Numbered from the stretch's first letter, positions 1 to 14,628 are shown. The stretch: DNA of 64,000 bases from Eledone cirrhosa (GCA_964016885.1 OZ024741.1:57598001-57662000), one strand, 5' to 3'. Program-made: numbers and translations. The notes: generated by a model not told the origin, from the sequence alone.

Positions 1-119
1 TTATTCCTCAAGAGTTGCTCCTCTCTAGGGCAGAGTGATGCAGGCTTTGTGTCGATTACCCAGGAAGTGGGGTGGGGTCATTTCAACATGGGATTTATAT
101 ATATATATATATATATATA

Positions 120-263
120 TGGAACACGAGACTGTACATAAGCACACAGATCTTTGGCTTGCCTGAGAGATCAGTGGCACCGCCTCAGTACGGACTTGCT
201 TTATATGGACCCATCCAACTCTTGCTAGCAGGGAAAGCGGGTGTTAAAACGACAACGATGATG
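120..263 (+). mobile_element. RTE LINE 3' end remnant
   Basis: Ends CCAACTCTTGCTAGCAGGGAAAGCGGGTGTTAAAACGACAACGATGATG, matching the 3' terminus and (GAT)n tail of the RTE copy at 8272-8757. Confidence 0.6.
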
Positions 264-776
264 GAATATATATATTAATAAGTAGGAACGAGTTGTCAAA
301 GTATCATCATTAAGTTTATTCAGATGTGACACACCCTCAAGGTTTGATCTGTATTGATCAGGCCCAACACTGGAATCAATAGCTCAACAGACTTTTGGTT
401 TCATTAATATATATAAGAAATTACACAAGATTAGATGGTGGAACTTGTACCATGTATTGGAACAGTAAGAACAGACAACAATCTCAAAGAAACAAAACAT
501 AAATCGATGAGATTGCTAAACCTGTCTTCAGCTGTCTTCAGGTTAATATTGTAGTTTCAGCACTTTTAAACAGGGCCACCTAACCCAATGTTATCAGCAG
601 TGTTATAATTACTTGAGAAATCACTATACAAGATGATTAGAAAGAATATATTATGTTCATTATATCACCTTGTGTTTTAATTTTTCGTTTGTGTTGCCTA
701 CTTTTGTACTTCAGAATTTGCGATGTCTAATCTTTCATTCCTTTCGTTCTGTTTTACAAATTCCTCTCTCTCACTA

Positions 777-840
<64 letters not shown>

Positions 841-942
841 CACACACACATATATGTATATATATATATATATATATACATACAGCATCACACTTTGCAC
901 ACAGGCAAAATACATGGAACTCCTTTAACCATCTTTTGTTCT

Positions 943-989
<47 letters not shown>

Positions 990-1107
990 GGAGGTGAGTT
1001 TTATTGTAGTACAATAAAGCAATGCAGATATCGGATAAGAAGCACTCTACAGTTTGTAGGACTGGAGTATACATAATATATAATATCAAAAGATGGTTAA
1101 AAGAGTT

Positions 1108-2735
1108 CCATTTGATATTGCCAACTACTATTCTTCTATTTCGCCTTCACTTCTCAACAATGCTCTATCTTTTGCATTTAAATATTCTGACATCACCACA
1201 GATGAACTTCACATCATTCTCACCGCACGTAAAACCATCCTAGAGTTCAACAATGAATATTGGACTAGAGCTGATACCTCTAACAACTTCGACATCACAA
1301 TGGGAGCATCCGATTCATCCCAATTGACAGATTTAATTAGTATCTTTATTTTGAACTCTTTGAGTCGGAAAATTCCTCAACTTCGCGGTGGAATTTATCG
1401 TGACAATGGACTCTTTACTATCTTAAATTGCAACATAGTTAACCTTAATATTATTAAGAACAATATACGTAATCTCTTTAACCAACATAACTTAAAAATT
1501 GAATTTGATAACAGCATCAAACTAGCTAATTTCTTGGATGTATCTCTTAATCTTGACACTGGCCTATATTACCCTTACCATAAAAACAATGAGAACCTAA
1601 ATTATGTTAATTTTAAATCTAACCACCCCACTAATATTAAGAATGCTATAGTTAGTAATATTGGAAAAAGAATATCTAACCTATCTTCTAATAAAAACAT
1701 CTTTGATGCTAACGCCAATTACTATAATAACGCGCTTTCTAAAGCCGGCTATCCTGATAAAATCAAATATAGTAAAGAAACAAATTCTAGAAGATCTTAC
1801 AGTAGAATAATTAATCATGATCATTCCAATAACTTTAATAAAAGACCTAGATACAAAAACATAATCTGGTATAATGCTCCTTTCTCCATCTCTATTAATA
1901 ATAATATTCCTAAATTATTCTTTAGTGCCTTAAATAAATGCTTCCTGCATCTCATATCTATAGTAAAATATTTAACAAACACACTATACAATTTTCCTAT
2001 TCGACCTCCTCCAACATTTCCAACATTATCTCTAAACACAACAATAAAATACTAAATACTAAATCTCTTCCTTCCAACACTGAATATCATAATAATAGTA
2101 ATAGTACTCACGACGTTATTGTAAACTCTAGGCTAATTTCTGCAAACCCAAATACAACATCAAACACAACTTCGCTAAATGTTCTTAATCCCATTCTAAA
2201 TCAAGAAACTATTATTCGTATCGTAAATAACTTCTCCAATCCAATTCCTTCTATAGATAACACTAGGTCACTCATTAATAACTCTGCTAATCTCTCTAAT
2301 CGCAATTGCAATTGCCCTGTTAAAAATAAATGTCCTCTCAACAACCATTGTCTTGAAAAAAACTTAATCTACGAATGTAAAGTTATAACTGACACCAATT
2401 CCTTCACCTATTTTGGCTCCACTTCCACCTCCTTTAAAGCTCGTCTTTATAATCATCATTCGTCGTTTAAATACCAACTTAAAAGAACCAACACGGCACT
2501 CTCAGAACTCATATGGTCCTTGAAAGACAAAAATATTAAATATAACATCTCTTGGAAAAAGGTTTCTTCTGCTTCTCCATACTTGAACAGTTCTCTATCC
2601 AAGATTTGCAATCTCTGTTTAAATGAAAAATTTACCATTATATCTAATTTAGATTCTATAATAAATAGACGCACTGACTTGTTTTCTCTCTGCTTGCATA
2701 AATTCCACAGAACATTCCATAAAGTATACAGCTAA
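1108..2735 (+). pseudogene. PLE reverse transcriptase + GIY-YIG endonuclease, frameshifted near 1940
   Basis: RT motifs FDIANYYSSI, FDITMGASD, GIYRDNGL (degenerate YRDD), FLDVSL, SNHP and IIWYNAPF. Second frame has CNCPVKNKCPL, LIYECKV...YFGST...FKARLYNH and CNLCLNE. Confidence 0.85.
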
Positions 2736-3642
2736 TATCTAATACTTTATCAATTTAAAATCCTTTTCTCAAAGGCACATCTATATACTTCTTTAAAAAT
2801 ATACCCATCTTTCTACCTTATTTCAAAGTTATTTATTATACATTATATAATACTAGTTACTCATTCTATATCACTCCTATTTATCACTTCCCTTTCTTCC
2901 TTTTCCTTTTCTTTTCTTTTTCTTTTAATTTCTAACCCCTAATCTATACCTTTTCTCATTGTGCCTAACATAGAAACAATTATTACACAGTACAATATAT
3001 TCTTACTTTATATCACCTTGAAAAAATCCTTCGTAAACATAAACATTTTTTTTGACGTTAGATTATTCATCCTCAATTCATTATTTTTTTCTCCCTTTCA
3101 TGCTTATCTAACTTATTCATCCTATCTCTACTTCTTTCACAATATATCCTTACTTACATTACTATTGCTATATTTTTTTAAATAACACATATCAACATTT
3201 TCTTTCCATCGCACATATTATTAAACCCTTAAATATTATTCTTAATACATATTAACAATTTCTTTTCATCGCACATATTATTAAACCCTTCAATATACAA
3301 ACCTGAACTTAACATTATTTTTCTCTTCGTTAATTTTCAAATTCTTTTAATTTATATATTATCTTCCAACGGTTTTTCAACCTCTCTATGTAAAACAATA
3401 TATTTTTCTCAGTTATAAAAGCTATCTCTCTCTCTCTATCACCCATCTCTCCTCCTATCTCATCCTTGCTCATTATACTCCTCCCCCTCCACTTTTTACT
3501 CTCATCTCCTCCTCTTTTTCACCCCCCCCCCCCTCAAATTTTTTTTTCCCAATATCACACATCAATCTAAAACTACTTTTCATATGTTGATTTAAAACTG
3601 CACTATTCACAAGTGTTCTTTAACCTTCATATCATGTCTTCC

Positions 3643-3711
3643 TATTTTATCTGATGAAAACACATGTTATTGCATGATGATATTTGTTTTTGAAATGCGC
3701 ATAATAAAATA
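3643..3711 (+). ncRNA. Minimal type I hammerhead ribozyme in PLE terminus
   Basis: TATTTTAT-CTGATGA-stem II(AAACA..TGTTT)-GAAA-TGCGCA-TA-ATAAAATA. 8-bp helix I, palindromic helix III, predicted cleavage after AUA at 3703. Confidence 0.8.
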
Positions 3712-3748
3712 CATGGAACTCTTTTAACCATCTTTTGATATTATATAT

Positions 3749-3782
<34 letters not shown>

Positions 3783-3797
3783 TATGTAGATATATAT

Positions 3798-3830
<33 letters not shown>

Positions 3831-4450
3831 CATACACACACATATATAGATATATATACATACACACATATATAGATATATATATACACATATATAGATA
3901 CATATATACACACACTTATGTTTATACATATATCCTTGTATGTATGTGTACATATGTATAGTTACATATATATGTGTGCAAGTGTTTCTATGTCTGTATA
4001 AAATTTTACAATGACTAGTTTTTTGTTCCTTTTGTTCTGTTGCATAACTCTCTTCCCCTCTCTCTCTCCCCCTCTATCTCCCCCTCTCTCTCACCCTCTC
4101 TCTCCTTCTCACTCTCTCACTATGCACACATATATAGATACATATATACACTTATACACTTATGTATATACATATATCCTTGTATGTATATGTATATATG
4201 TATAGTTACAAATATATATGTATGCAAGTGTTTCTGTATCTGTATGCATGAGTGTGTTTTAGTTAGTGTATCTGAGTATGTTTTTTTTTTTTTTTCTCAG
4301 TATGTTTTCGTGTGCATGTGTGCATAAGAATGTATAGTTTCTGTAAGTGCTAATTTGATAATTAATGGAGAAACTTTTGTACAGCTTAAACAACCGAGAA
4401 ATATAATTTAATGATTCATATAACAATTTTATCTTCACTTATTGCTCTGC

Positions 4451-4499
<49 letters not shown>

Positions 4500-4909
4500 G
4501 TAGTAGTAGTAGTAATATTAGCAGTAGTAGTAGTAGCAGTAGTAGTAGTATTGGAATAGTTTCTACTTGAAAACCGAGGAGAAAGCAAATAACATGAATT
4601 TGTCTCAACATGTGTTGCTGTCAGACATTTTAACATAAGAAACATTTCAAAAATTGACTTGAAGATGTATAGAAATTTCTAAAATTGATTAGCAGTGTTT
4701 AATACACTAAAATGTTGGTCAAAACAAATTTCTAAATATCATTAGGATGGCAAATATTAAAACAGACTGGAAATAATCATATTTCGAAAGTTGATTAAAA
4801 CTTGTTAAACATTTACTCTCAATTATGATATAATTTATGAAGAATATATTTAATTATATGTCTTTGGTAACAACTATAAAGCTGCTACTATTTAATCAGT
4901 TAATATTTC

Positions 4910-5210
4910 ATGTGCCTGTGGCGAGATTGGCCCTCCACTAATTCTTCAATACTCAGCATACAGGCTGTGCTATTAGAGCCATGACTCATGCTCTTAGACA
5001 TGAAGGAATGAAAGTCATTCAATGTGTCCGAGTGGCAAAGGTGAGGTGTAGCAACAAAGTCACAATCCGGTCTTTGGAAGACCATGATAGGCGCATGTTA
5101 CTCAATCCTAAAGAGATGTGTGTGGTTTTTCAGCAACACATTGCTCAAATGTTTGTGGGCAGAGGCAGGATGGATGAGGGATGAACTTCAATGCCTACCT
5201 CCATGGTCTG
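4910..5210 (+). mobile_element. Degenerate L1/Tx1 ORF2 fragment
   Basis: ALRHEGMKVIQCVRVAKVRCSNKVTIRSLEDHDRRMLL is homologous to ALRHEGTKAVQWARVAEARRGNKATIRSLVDHDGRMLL at ~56210-56325. Confidence 0.8.
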
Positions 5211-6139
5211 AAGTAAGACTCCATAATATTTGGGTCTTTGGCCCAAATATTTATTTTATCTTCTAAATTAGCACCCCCCCACCAAATTTTTACAAACGGT
5301 GGCAAATACCACTGAATGGAATAGCCAAAATAATGGCAATGTCACCACTGCTGCCACTAACACCAATTCCATTGATACCACGACAGACATCACAAACATG
5401 GCCACCATTATCAATGACAACAACAACATAGCACAAACAAAATACGAAACTGAATACCTAAGACTCACAACTTTAACACTGCTCGTCATCATTTAAAATC
5501 AAAAATAGTAAAACTAACACAACAAAGAACAACACCACAAGCACAAACCCTGTTATCACCACTACCACCACCCGCAACACAAAACCACCATCAACATCAC
5601 CACCACCAACTCTAAGACCACTGTCAACACCACCACAGAAACACAGGAAAAAATGACAAAGGGGAATTAGCCCCTTTGTTCTTGAGTAGAACTCTTCATG
5701 AAATATGACAATTTTTCGTAAAGTAATGGTTTCTCTTTAAATTTTGGTCCTTGCACCTGATGAGTGAGGCTAATTTTAGAAAAGCTTTTCCACTATACAG
5801 TGGTGGCCATAACTGGACATGAAACCTAAGGTCCTGCATACATGCAAAGTGTATGAAATTTAATATAAACTATATAGAAATTTAATATAAACTATATAGA
5901 AATTTAATATAAGCTATATGGTCATATAAAAAGATCAATTCATGGTGTGAGTAGGTTATGCTTGGAAGGAAGGTTGGCTGGTAAGTGAAGCAGAGGCTGG
6001 CAGCCAAAACTTATGGACTGGACTTGATCTTTGCTCTTTAAACTCAGCTGCTGGTGATCGAACTTTGTGGAGAAAAATATCTTATGTTGATGCGCAGTCT
6101 GCAATGGGCGGAGTTTAGCGTCACAAAAATATATATATT

Positions 6140-6420
6140 TGTTTTGCAAGATTTTTTATTTGAAAATGTGTGATGAAACATATTGTTATACTTTGGGAGG
6201 ATCATGTTGCCAATAAAAAGTATACGCACCTGTTGGGTTTTACTTTATTATTATAATTTCCCAGTTGGTTAGTTTGATAACCAGATCGTTGTTTATTTGT
6301 TGATTGTCAAAGCTCTTTCATCACACATTCTGTGACCTCCTCAATGACTACTTTTGATGTTACTTCATCTCTCTCCTTTGTTCTGTTTCACACCATCTTG
6401 TTTTTATTGGCAACAAGACC
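6140..6420 (-). mobile_element. Diverged PLE terminal repeat (family of 36939-38750) with decayed HHR
   Basis: Aligns by eye with 27603-27890. Core reads TTGAGGA..GAAAGAGCTT-TGAC. Confidence 0.7.
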
Positions 6421-7306
6421 CTCCTGTAAAGTGGTCCGTGTCCCAATTAAAGATCTCTCTTTGCTCTGTGGGGGTTGGTGGGAGGAGTGATAGAAGGGAG
6501 ATAAGTATGAAGTTGTTGCAAGTGTGGTGCAATTTGACAGGGTGGTGAGTAGGGAAGGAGAAAGGATTATTTTTGATAGCATCGTGGGAGGGGGGATGTG
6601 AGAATACCGAAGTGGTAATAGAGGTGGAGTTGTGCGTTTGTGTAAGGTGGATGGTTTGGTCAATATTGTGGGGTGGGAGGATGGCACTTACCAGTGGTGG
6701 GAAGGAGAGGTGTAGTGACGGAGAGAATAGCTAAGGAGTGAGAGTGGATGGGGCATGGGTGGGCACATAGGGGTAAAAAGAGAAGCTACTAGAATGTAAT
6801 ATAGAGTGTATCTAAGGGCTTTAGAGGGGGAAGCATGGATGGAGTGGGGGTGTGTAGGGATGTTGGGGATAGCTGCTAGGGAGTGCTAGTGGGAGGGCAA
6901 AGGGGACATAAGTCAGGTTATATTGTATGCTGTTAGCCAAGTCTTCACCATCACAGCACAGCACCAGGCCTCATGCTCCTTTGCTATATCTGTTGGGACA
7001 TATATATATATGAAAATACAATGTAGTCTCTGATCGAGATGAAGTGGGAGTGTATTTGAATCCATATAAAAATGAGAAAACTCATCACGAGAACAGCCAA
7101 TACACTCCTCCTTGTCCTCTTCCTCTTTCAATCATTTCTATATTTCATCTACCTGTCACCCACCTTGTGGATTGCCCCTCTGTTGACAACTGGCTACTGG
7201 TCTCTGTCTTCTGAGGCATTTTTGTCCATCTCTGTCTTTGAAAGCATTTAGCTGTTTTAACAGCTGTTCTAGCATTTTTATATGTATATATAACTATATG
7301 TATATA

Positions 7307-7356
<50 letters not shown>

Positions 7357-7366
7357 TATATATATA

Positions 7367-7609
7367 TAGTAATAATAATAAATTTGAAGACTAAAATCCA
7401 AAGAGGGCTCGATAAGGATAAATATATATCAAATATATAAGAACCGTAGAGCAAATATTTATTAAAATAACAGATTAAAGTTTAAGCAAAGAATCGCTGC
7501 TTTCACCCTTAACGGGATCTTCTGAAACTAACCCAGTTTCAGAAGATCCCGTTAAGGGTGAAAGCAGCGATTCTTTGCTTAAACTTTAATCTGTTATTTT
7601 AATAAATAT
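7367..7609. repeat. Fold-back element with asymmetric tail (second copy 44820-45050)
   Basis: ~75-bp near-perfect inverted arms around CTGAAACT-AACCC-AGTTTCAG plus a ~90-bp one-sided extension, flanked by (TA)n. Confidence 0.85.
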
Positions 7610-7867
7610 ATATATATATATATAAAACAAGAATCTAATGCCATTATTGATGTCCAAAAGCAAATCAAGTCGATATATCTGGAATGACCTGATTAGCACA
7701 CTGTTGTCGCAGATTGGCCACTTTTAATTTGATTTTGAAATGGGTCTTTGTACAGAATGTATAGATGTGTAGAAATCAGACAGAAAATAACAATAAATAC
7801 CCGAGAAAAAAATGTATATATGTATATGTATATATGTATATTTGTATATATCGATATATATATATAT

Positions 7868-8130
7868 TCATCACCGTTTTACGTCCGTTCTTCCACTCTA
7901 GCATGGGTTAGACAGGTTGTCCTGTTGTGGGCAGTGTCTGGTCGGCTGACCTTGTCTTGTTCATACGGGAACTGATTCTGGCTTGATTTTTACAGCTGGA
8001 TGCCCTTCCTAACACCAACCTCATTTACAATGAGTGCTGGGTACTTCTTTTTTTCGTGGCGCCTACACGTCCACTTTACAGTGTGGGCTGGCTGCTTTTT
8101 TGCCGTGGCACCTCTACGACCACTTTGCAG
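7868..8130 (-). mobile_element. RTE family C 3' UTR fragment
   Basis: Matches 24600-24810 and 39070-39333. Confidence 0.8.
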
Positions 8131-8139
8131 TTGAATGAT

Positions 8140-8213
8140 AGACTCTAGCCGGTCCGAGAATTGAACTCACAACCTTTCGATTGCAAGCCTACTGCTCTAA
8201 CTACTAAGCCATG

Positions 8214-8218
<5 letters not shown>
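8140..8218 (-). mobile_element. tRNA-derived SINE head
   Basis: Minus strand GGCACATGGCTTAGTAGTTAGAGC (A box) ... GAGTTCAATTC (B box). No intact acceptor stem. Confidence 0.6.
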
Positions 8219-8271
<53 letters not shown>

Positions 8272-8301
<30 letters not shown>

Positions 8302-8757
8302 TTTACGTCCGCTTTTCCCTGCTTGCAAGGGTGGGACGGGTCTTATTCAGCACAGCATCTCTCCACTCGTCACGGTCCTTCATCATCTCCACCATGAGCT
8401 TCAATGATCTGAGGTCTGTTCTCACCACCTCCACCAATGTTTTTCGTGGTCTACCTCTACCACGTCTTCCTTCAACTGGCATTTCCTGGCACTTCTTCAC
8501 CCGTCGGTCATCCTCTATGCGCATCACATGTCCATACCACCTCAGTCTCCTCTCCCGTACACTACATTCTATCCCTCTCAGACACAGTTTCTCTCTCAAC
8601 ACATTTATGCTGGGTCGTTCACGCACATTTACACTGCACATCCAACGAAGCATGCTTGCCTCATTTCTCTCCAGCCGTCGCATATCCTCTGCAGTTGCTG
8701 CCCATGTCTCACTACCATGCAGCATCGCGCTCCTCACACAGGCATCATACAACTGTA
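8272..8757 (-). mobile_element. RTE LINE family A, 3' fragment
   Basis: [17 protein letters not shown]...[11 protein letters not shown]...GRPRKT followed by a (GAT)n tail. Confidence 0.9.
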
Positions 8758-8916
8758 TACATATATATACATATACATATATATATATATACATATATAT
8801 ATATACATATATATATATATACATATATATATACATATATATATATATACATATATATATACATATATATACATATATACAAATATATATATATACATAT
8901 ATATATACATATATAC

Positions 8917-8953
<37 letters not shown>

Positions 8954-8970
8954 CATATATATATACATAC

Positions 8971-9063
<93 letters not shown>

Positions 9064-10172
9064 TCATCATCATCATCATCATCATCAACGTTTAACGTCC
9101 GTGTTCCACGCTTGCATGGGTTTGGACGGGGGTAGTCCCACTTGAGGTAAGAATGATTGTCTTGCTCGCATAGGACTGTCTGGCAGGTTTTCTACAGTTG
9201 GATGCCCTTCCTAACACCAACCACATTTACAGTGTGGGTCTGGGAGGTTTTTACCGTGTTGCCTACACGGCCACATTACAGCGTGGACTATGTTTTTTTT
9301 TGTCGTGACACCTACACGATCTCATTTGTTTCGGCCTGGATGGCGCGGCACCAACATAACTTTACATAGAACGGGGTGGTGTGGATGGGGTGGGGAGGTG
9401 GCGGGACGGGGTGTATTTTGTTAGAGATGCCTACTGGCAAGGCGGGTCTTCTCTGTTACTGAGTACCGCCAAAGGTCTCGGTCCAGTGACATTGTCTTGG
9501 AGAGGTGTAAGTGTGTGAGTTCGGAGTTTATCAGCTCGTCCCAGGTTTTTCTAGGTCTGCCTATTCCGTGGCTACCGTCTATCTTTATTGCCCTGCACTT
9601 TGTTATACAGCTATCGACTTTCATGCGCATCACGTGTCCATACCAACGTAGCCTTCTCTCGAGTAAACAACATCTGATCCCTCTTATCTCTAATTTTTTC
9701 CTTAGTTCGTTTATGCTTTGCCGTTCACGTATATTACTGTTACACATCCAGCGGAGCATGCAAGCTTCGTTCCTCTCTAGTCTGCGTATATCCTCTGCAC
9801 ACAATGCCCAGGTCTCACTGCCATGCAACATTGCTGTTCGTATGCAGGCATCGTACAACCTGCCTTTCATTTTTAGGGAGAACCCTTTAGCAGCTAATAG
9901 TGGTATAAGCTCTCTGAACTTTTTCCAACCAGTTCTGACTCTAGCTACTGTACTTTCAGAGCACCCTCCCCCACTGCTGATTTTATCGCCCAGGTAACGG
10001 AAGCTGTTCACTATTTCTATAGAACCCTCTGCGCAATTGAAAGAGCTAGTATTTTGTGGGCACTTGCTGCTACTTATTGCACCAGAACACCGGCCACATG
10101 TAAAATCTATGTTCTTAGTTAGATTACCTGTGATCCCACTACATCTTTTATGCACCCATACTTTGCATCATA
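9064..10172 (-). mobile_element. RTE LINE family B, 5'-truncated
   Basis: ORF 9421-10155 ([20 protein letters not shown]), 3' UTR and (GAT)n tail. Confidence 0.9.
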
Positions 10173-10255
10173 CATATATATATACATATATATATACATA
10201 TATATACATATATATATATATACATATATATATACATACATATATATATATATAC

Positions 10256-10336
<81 letters not shown>

Positions 10337-10341
10337 CATAT

Positions 10342-10470
10342 AGTACAATTTAAAAAAATATGATCAACACTAATCAACATTAGTGTTGATCATATTTTTT
10401 AAAATTGTACTGTAATGCTCAGAAGTATTTTCTTAGAGCTTAATAATTGTATTTGACTACTAAATTGAAA
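10342..10470. repeat. Small fold-back element with tail in (TA)n
   Basis: AGTACAATTT..GATCAACACTAAT-CAAC-ATTAGTGTTGATC..AATTGTACT, then ~60 bp of unique tail. Confidence 0.75.
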
Positions 10471-10583
10471 TATATACAGATATATACAGATATATATATA
10501 TATACATATATATATATACATATATATACATATATATACATATATATACATATATACATATATACATATATATACATATATAC

Positions 10584-10752
<169 letters not shown>

Positions 10753-10786
10753 CATATATATATACATATATATACTGGCGTCCAGC

Positions 10787-11623
10787 ATGGACGCCAGTAT
10801 AAAGTTCAGCATGGAACACCCCGATGACCGCGGATCCCTATCCCTACTGAACTTCCAAATCAGGGTAACAGAGGAAGGTAACATCCACACCTGCTTCTAT
10901 AAAAAAGCCGCCAGCAGGGACCTGTTCGTACATTTCAGATCGGCCCTCCCACTCGGTGCCAAGTTCGGATACATAAGCAACGAACTGGCACGTATCCGGA
11001 ACAAATGCACCGACGCTAGAGACCGAGACACACACACCACTCATTTCCTGGAAGTACTCAAACTGAACGGATACACGACATCCACCACAAACCGTGCCAG
11101 AAAGAACAGAGGACACCACACCCGAGGCACTAACACTTGCTTCCTGAAGCTCCCACACTTCAGTGAAGAAACAACAACAGCCATCCGCAGAGCCATCAGA
11201 CGAGAAGGACTAGATATCCAACTGGCCCACTCAGGTCCTTCTCTGCGCGGACAGCTAGCCAAAAGACACTCCACCAGACATGACAACTGCTGCAGACTAG
11301 CCAACTGCCCCATCAACGACACAGACTTATGCCACCAGGCTTACGTCGTATGCAGACTAGAGTGTGACAAATGCAACAACTTCTACGTAGGTAGCACCAC
11401 CAGACCACTCCACATAAGAATAAAAGAACACCTCAATACTAACGCTTCCTCATTTAAGAAACACCTAGTTAAATGCAAAAACACCGACAAAACCATAACA
11501 GTTAGGATAGAAACTAAGGAAAGAAACCTCGGCAATCTTAGAATTAAGGAAGCACTAATTATAGATAAAACACAACCACCAATCAATAATAGACTAGAAC
11601 TCAACACCCAATTTATAATCTGA
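10787..11623 (+). CDS. PLE RT C-terminus + GIY-YIG endonuclease (open but 5'-truncated)
   Basis: [24 protein letters not shown]; [30 protein letters not shown]; [13 protein letters not shown]. Confidence 0.85.
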   Translation: MDASIKFSMEHPDDRGSLSLLNFQIRVTEEGNIHTCFYKKAASRDLFVHFRSALPLGAKFGYISNELARIRNKCTDARDRDTHTTHFLEVLKLNGYTTSTTNRARKNRGHHTRGTNTCFLKLPHFSEETTTAIRRAIRREGLDIQLAHSGPSLRGQLAKRHSTRHDNCCRLANCPINDTDLCHQAYVVCRLECDKCNNFYVGSTTRPLHIRIKEHLNTNASSFKKHLVKCKNTDKTITVRIETKERNLGNLRIKEALIIDKTQPPINNRLELNTQFII

Positions 11624-12015
11624 TAGGGCTTCTAGCCCCATATTTACACCCCCCACACACGCACGCACACACACACACACGCTTACACCTCCACTTATTC
11701 TCTCTCACACATACACACACAAAACCAGTTCTAACACCAGATAACACCTATCCCCCACATTTACGAATAGACTTATCTTCTCACACTCACACACACACAC
11801 ACTCACATACTTACACCTTCATGCATTCTCCCACACACTTAAACAGGCATGTGTATAACCCCCCCCCCCTAAACAAACCCCTTTTAAAGGGAGACTACTC
11901 TTTATCCACCTAATTTTAACTTTTAGACATTAGAGATAGAACAGATACTCTATACTATTTCCTGTCAGCATGGCTTGGCAAGATATTTAGAAGGCTGGTT
12001 TGAGACCTTTATTTC

Positions 12016-12050
12016 CCTCTGAAGAAGAGATATTATCTCGAAAATTAAGG
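12016..12050 (+). ncRNA. Minimal hammerhead ribozyme candidate
   Basis: CCT-CTGAAGA-A-GAGAT att ATCTC-GAAA-AT-TA-AGG. Only a 3-bp helix I and a vestigial helix III. Confidence 0.55.
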
Positions 12051-12212
12051 ACATTTAAAATAAATCTAAGGTAAAAGACGAATTGTCAACAATATCTTTT
12101 GCAATTGCATTCTTTTTTCTATGTCCATACCTGCATTGTTTTGGCTTTATTATACATATTCAAACGTTTATACCTCATTACACAATGCTTCAAGTGAACT
12201 ATAACCTCCTCC

Positions 12213-13114
<902 letters not shown>

Positions 13115-13315
13115 TTAAGGATACTATTTAAGGTTATGTATATACTAAAACTTTTTATAGTTATATATATTTTAAACCCTAAACAGTGAAAGACAGTAAT
13201 TTATTACTACCTTATTACCAGTAAGATAAATACCTCAATGTAATAACATCAGTTGTTCTACAGAGCAGTTATATAGAATTCACATGAGTCTAAGTTATGT
13301 TCAAACCATTTATTA

Positions 13316-13360
13316 GCTTACAATTGTTTCATCCAAACCGAGGTTTGGAGTCTTCGGAGC
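13316..13360 (-). ncRNA. Hammerhead candidate, CCGAAGA (U4C) core
   Basis: GCT-CCGAAGA-cTCCAAACC tc GGTTTGGAt-GAAA-CAATTG-TA-AGC. Confidence 0.6.
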
Positions 13361-13769
13361 AATTTTTCAATGTTTGTTTACATACATGACCTCTTTTCCA
13401 ATGCAAGAGACATACAGATACATATGTATATATTGATGCACAGTGGGGTGACATCCATTATAATATTTTTGCATGGCAATTTAAATTCAAAAGTTAAAAC
13501 AGAATCAAAGCATAATTAAAGTTAAAATACAACATCGGCAGTTTACGTAGATAATGCAAGAGGATAGTTTGTTAGTAAGTTGTAGTAGTTATTGCATGCA
13601 ATAATTACACGTGGGGCATGCACGTGTGTCTTATTTATATATGATTATTGTGCGGCAGGGTGTTATCTGCAATACAAGCACTTTAAGCAGGTAATCAAGA
13701 GTATTATGGAGGTTGTATGTCTCTTGCGTTGGAAAGGAGGTCATGTATGTAAACAAACATTGAAAAATT

Positions 13770-13814
13770 GCTCCGAAGACTCCAAACCTCGGTTTGGATG
13801 AAACAAGTGTAAGC
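13770..13814 (+). ncRNA. Hammerhead candidate, CCGAAGA (U4C) core
   Basis: GCT-CCGAAGA-stem II-GAAA-CAAGTG-TA-AGC. Confidence 0.6.
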
Positions 13815-13850
13815 TAATAAATGGTTTGAACAGAACTTTGATTCATGTGA

Positions 13851-13906
<56 letters not shown>

Positions 13907-14045
13907 TTGGAGCTCTGAAATAGCAATATATATATGAATGTGTATATAATGTATTTTGCAATACACTTTATGCTTAATTAAAAGCATTTTGAAGACCGTA
14001 TGCTATTGTTTTAGAGTAGTGACAAACTCACTTATTTTAATCTCA

Positions 14046-14127
14046 GCAAACAAGGGGAAATAAGCCAACAAGGCCTTGTTTCGCATTTTTTGATGCTTAT
14101 CAAGGCTAACTACTTCCTCCTGTCTAC
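14046..14127 (-). ncRNA. Full-length type I hammerhead, U3-A8 variant
   Basis: AGCC-TTGATAA-GCAT caaaaa ATGC-GAAA-CAAGGCCTTG-TT-GGCT with extended helix I. Confidence 0.75.
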
Positions 14128-14547
14128 TGAGATCACTGATGTTATATTCTTATAGAATTCTAGTAAATAATCAGGAACTGATTATACAGAGCGGTTGCCG
14201 GTCAGGCAGAAATTAAAAATTAGAATTGGAGCTCTGAAATAGCAATATATATATGAATGTATATATAATGTATTTTGCAATACACTTTATGCTTAATTAA
14301 AAGCATTTTGAAGACCGTATGCTATTGTTTTAGAGTAGTGACAAACTCACTTACTTTAATCTCAGCAAACACTTTTAATTAAGCATAAAGTGTATTGCAA
14401 AATACATTATGTATACATTCATATATATATTACTATTTCAGAGCTCCAATTCTAATTTTAAATTTCTGCCTGACCGGCAACCGCTCTGTATAATCAGTTC
14501 CTGATTATTTACTAGAATTCTATAAGAATATAACATCAGTGATCTCA

Positions 14548-14628
14548 GTAGACAGGAGGGAGTAGTTAGCCTTGATAAGCATAAAAAATGCGAAACAATG
14601 CCTTGTCGGCTTATCTCCCCTTGTTTGC
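14548..14628 (+). ncRNA. Full-length type I hammerhead, U3-A8 variant
   Basis: GTAGACAGGAGGGAG-TAGTT-AGCC-TTGATAA-GCAT aaaaa ATGC-GAAA-CAA tgcc TTG-TC-GGCT-TAT-CTCCCCTTGTTTGC. Predicted GUC cleavage after 14607. Confidence 0.8.

Larger units (their letters stand above)
985..3750 (+). mobile_element. Penelope-like element (PLE), 5'-truncated, with inverted terminal piece
   Basis: RT plus GIY-YIG ORF. 1072-1110 is the reverse complement of 3713-3750. Hammerhead near the 3' end. Both ends lie in (TA)n. Confidence 0.85.

Noticed and set aside
5299-5650. Thr/Asn-rich ORF
   Set aside because: Decayed CAC/CAA low-complexity sequence with no domain.
8140-8218. tRNA gene (also heads at 32143, 43497, 47447)
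   Set aside because: A/B boxes only, no complete cloverleaf; attached to SINE bodies or truncated.
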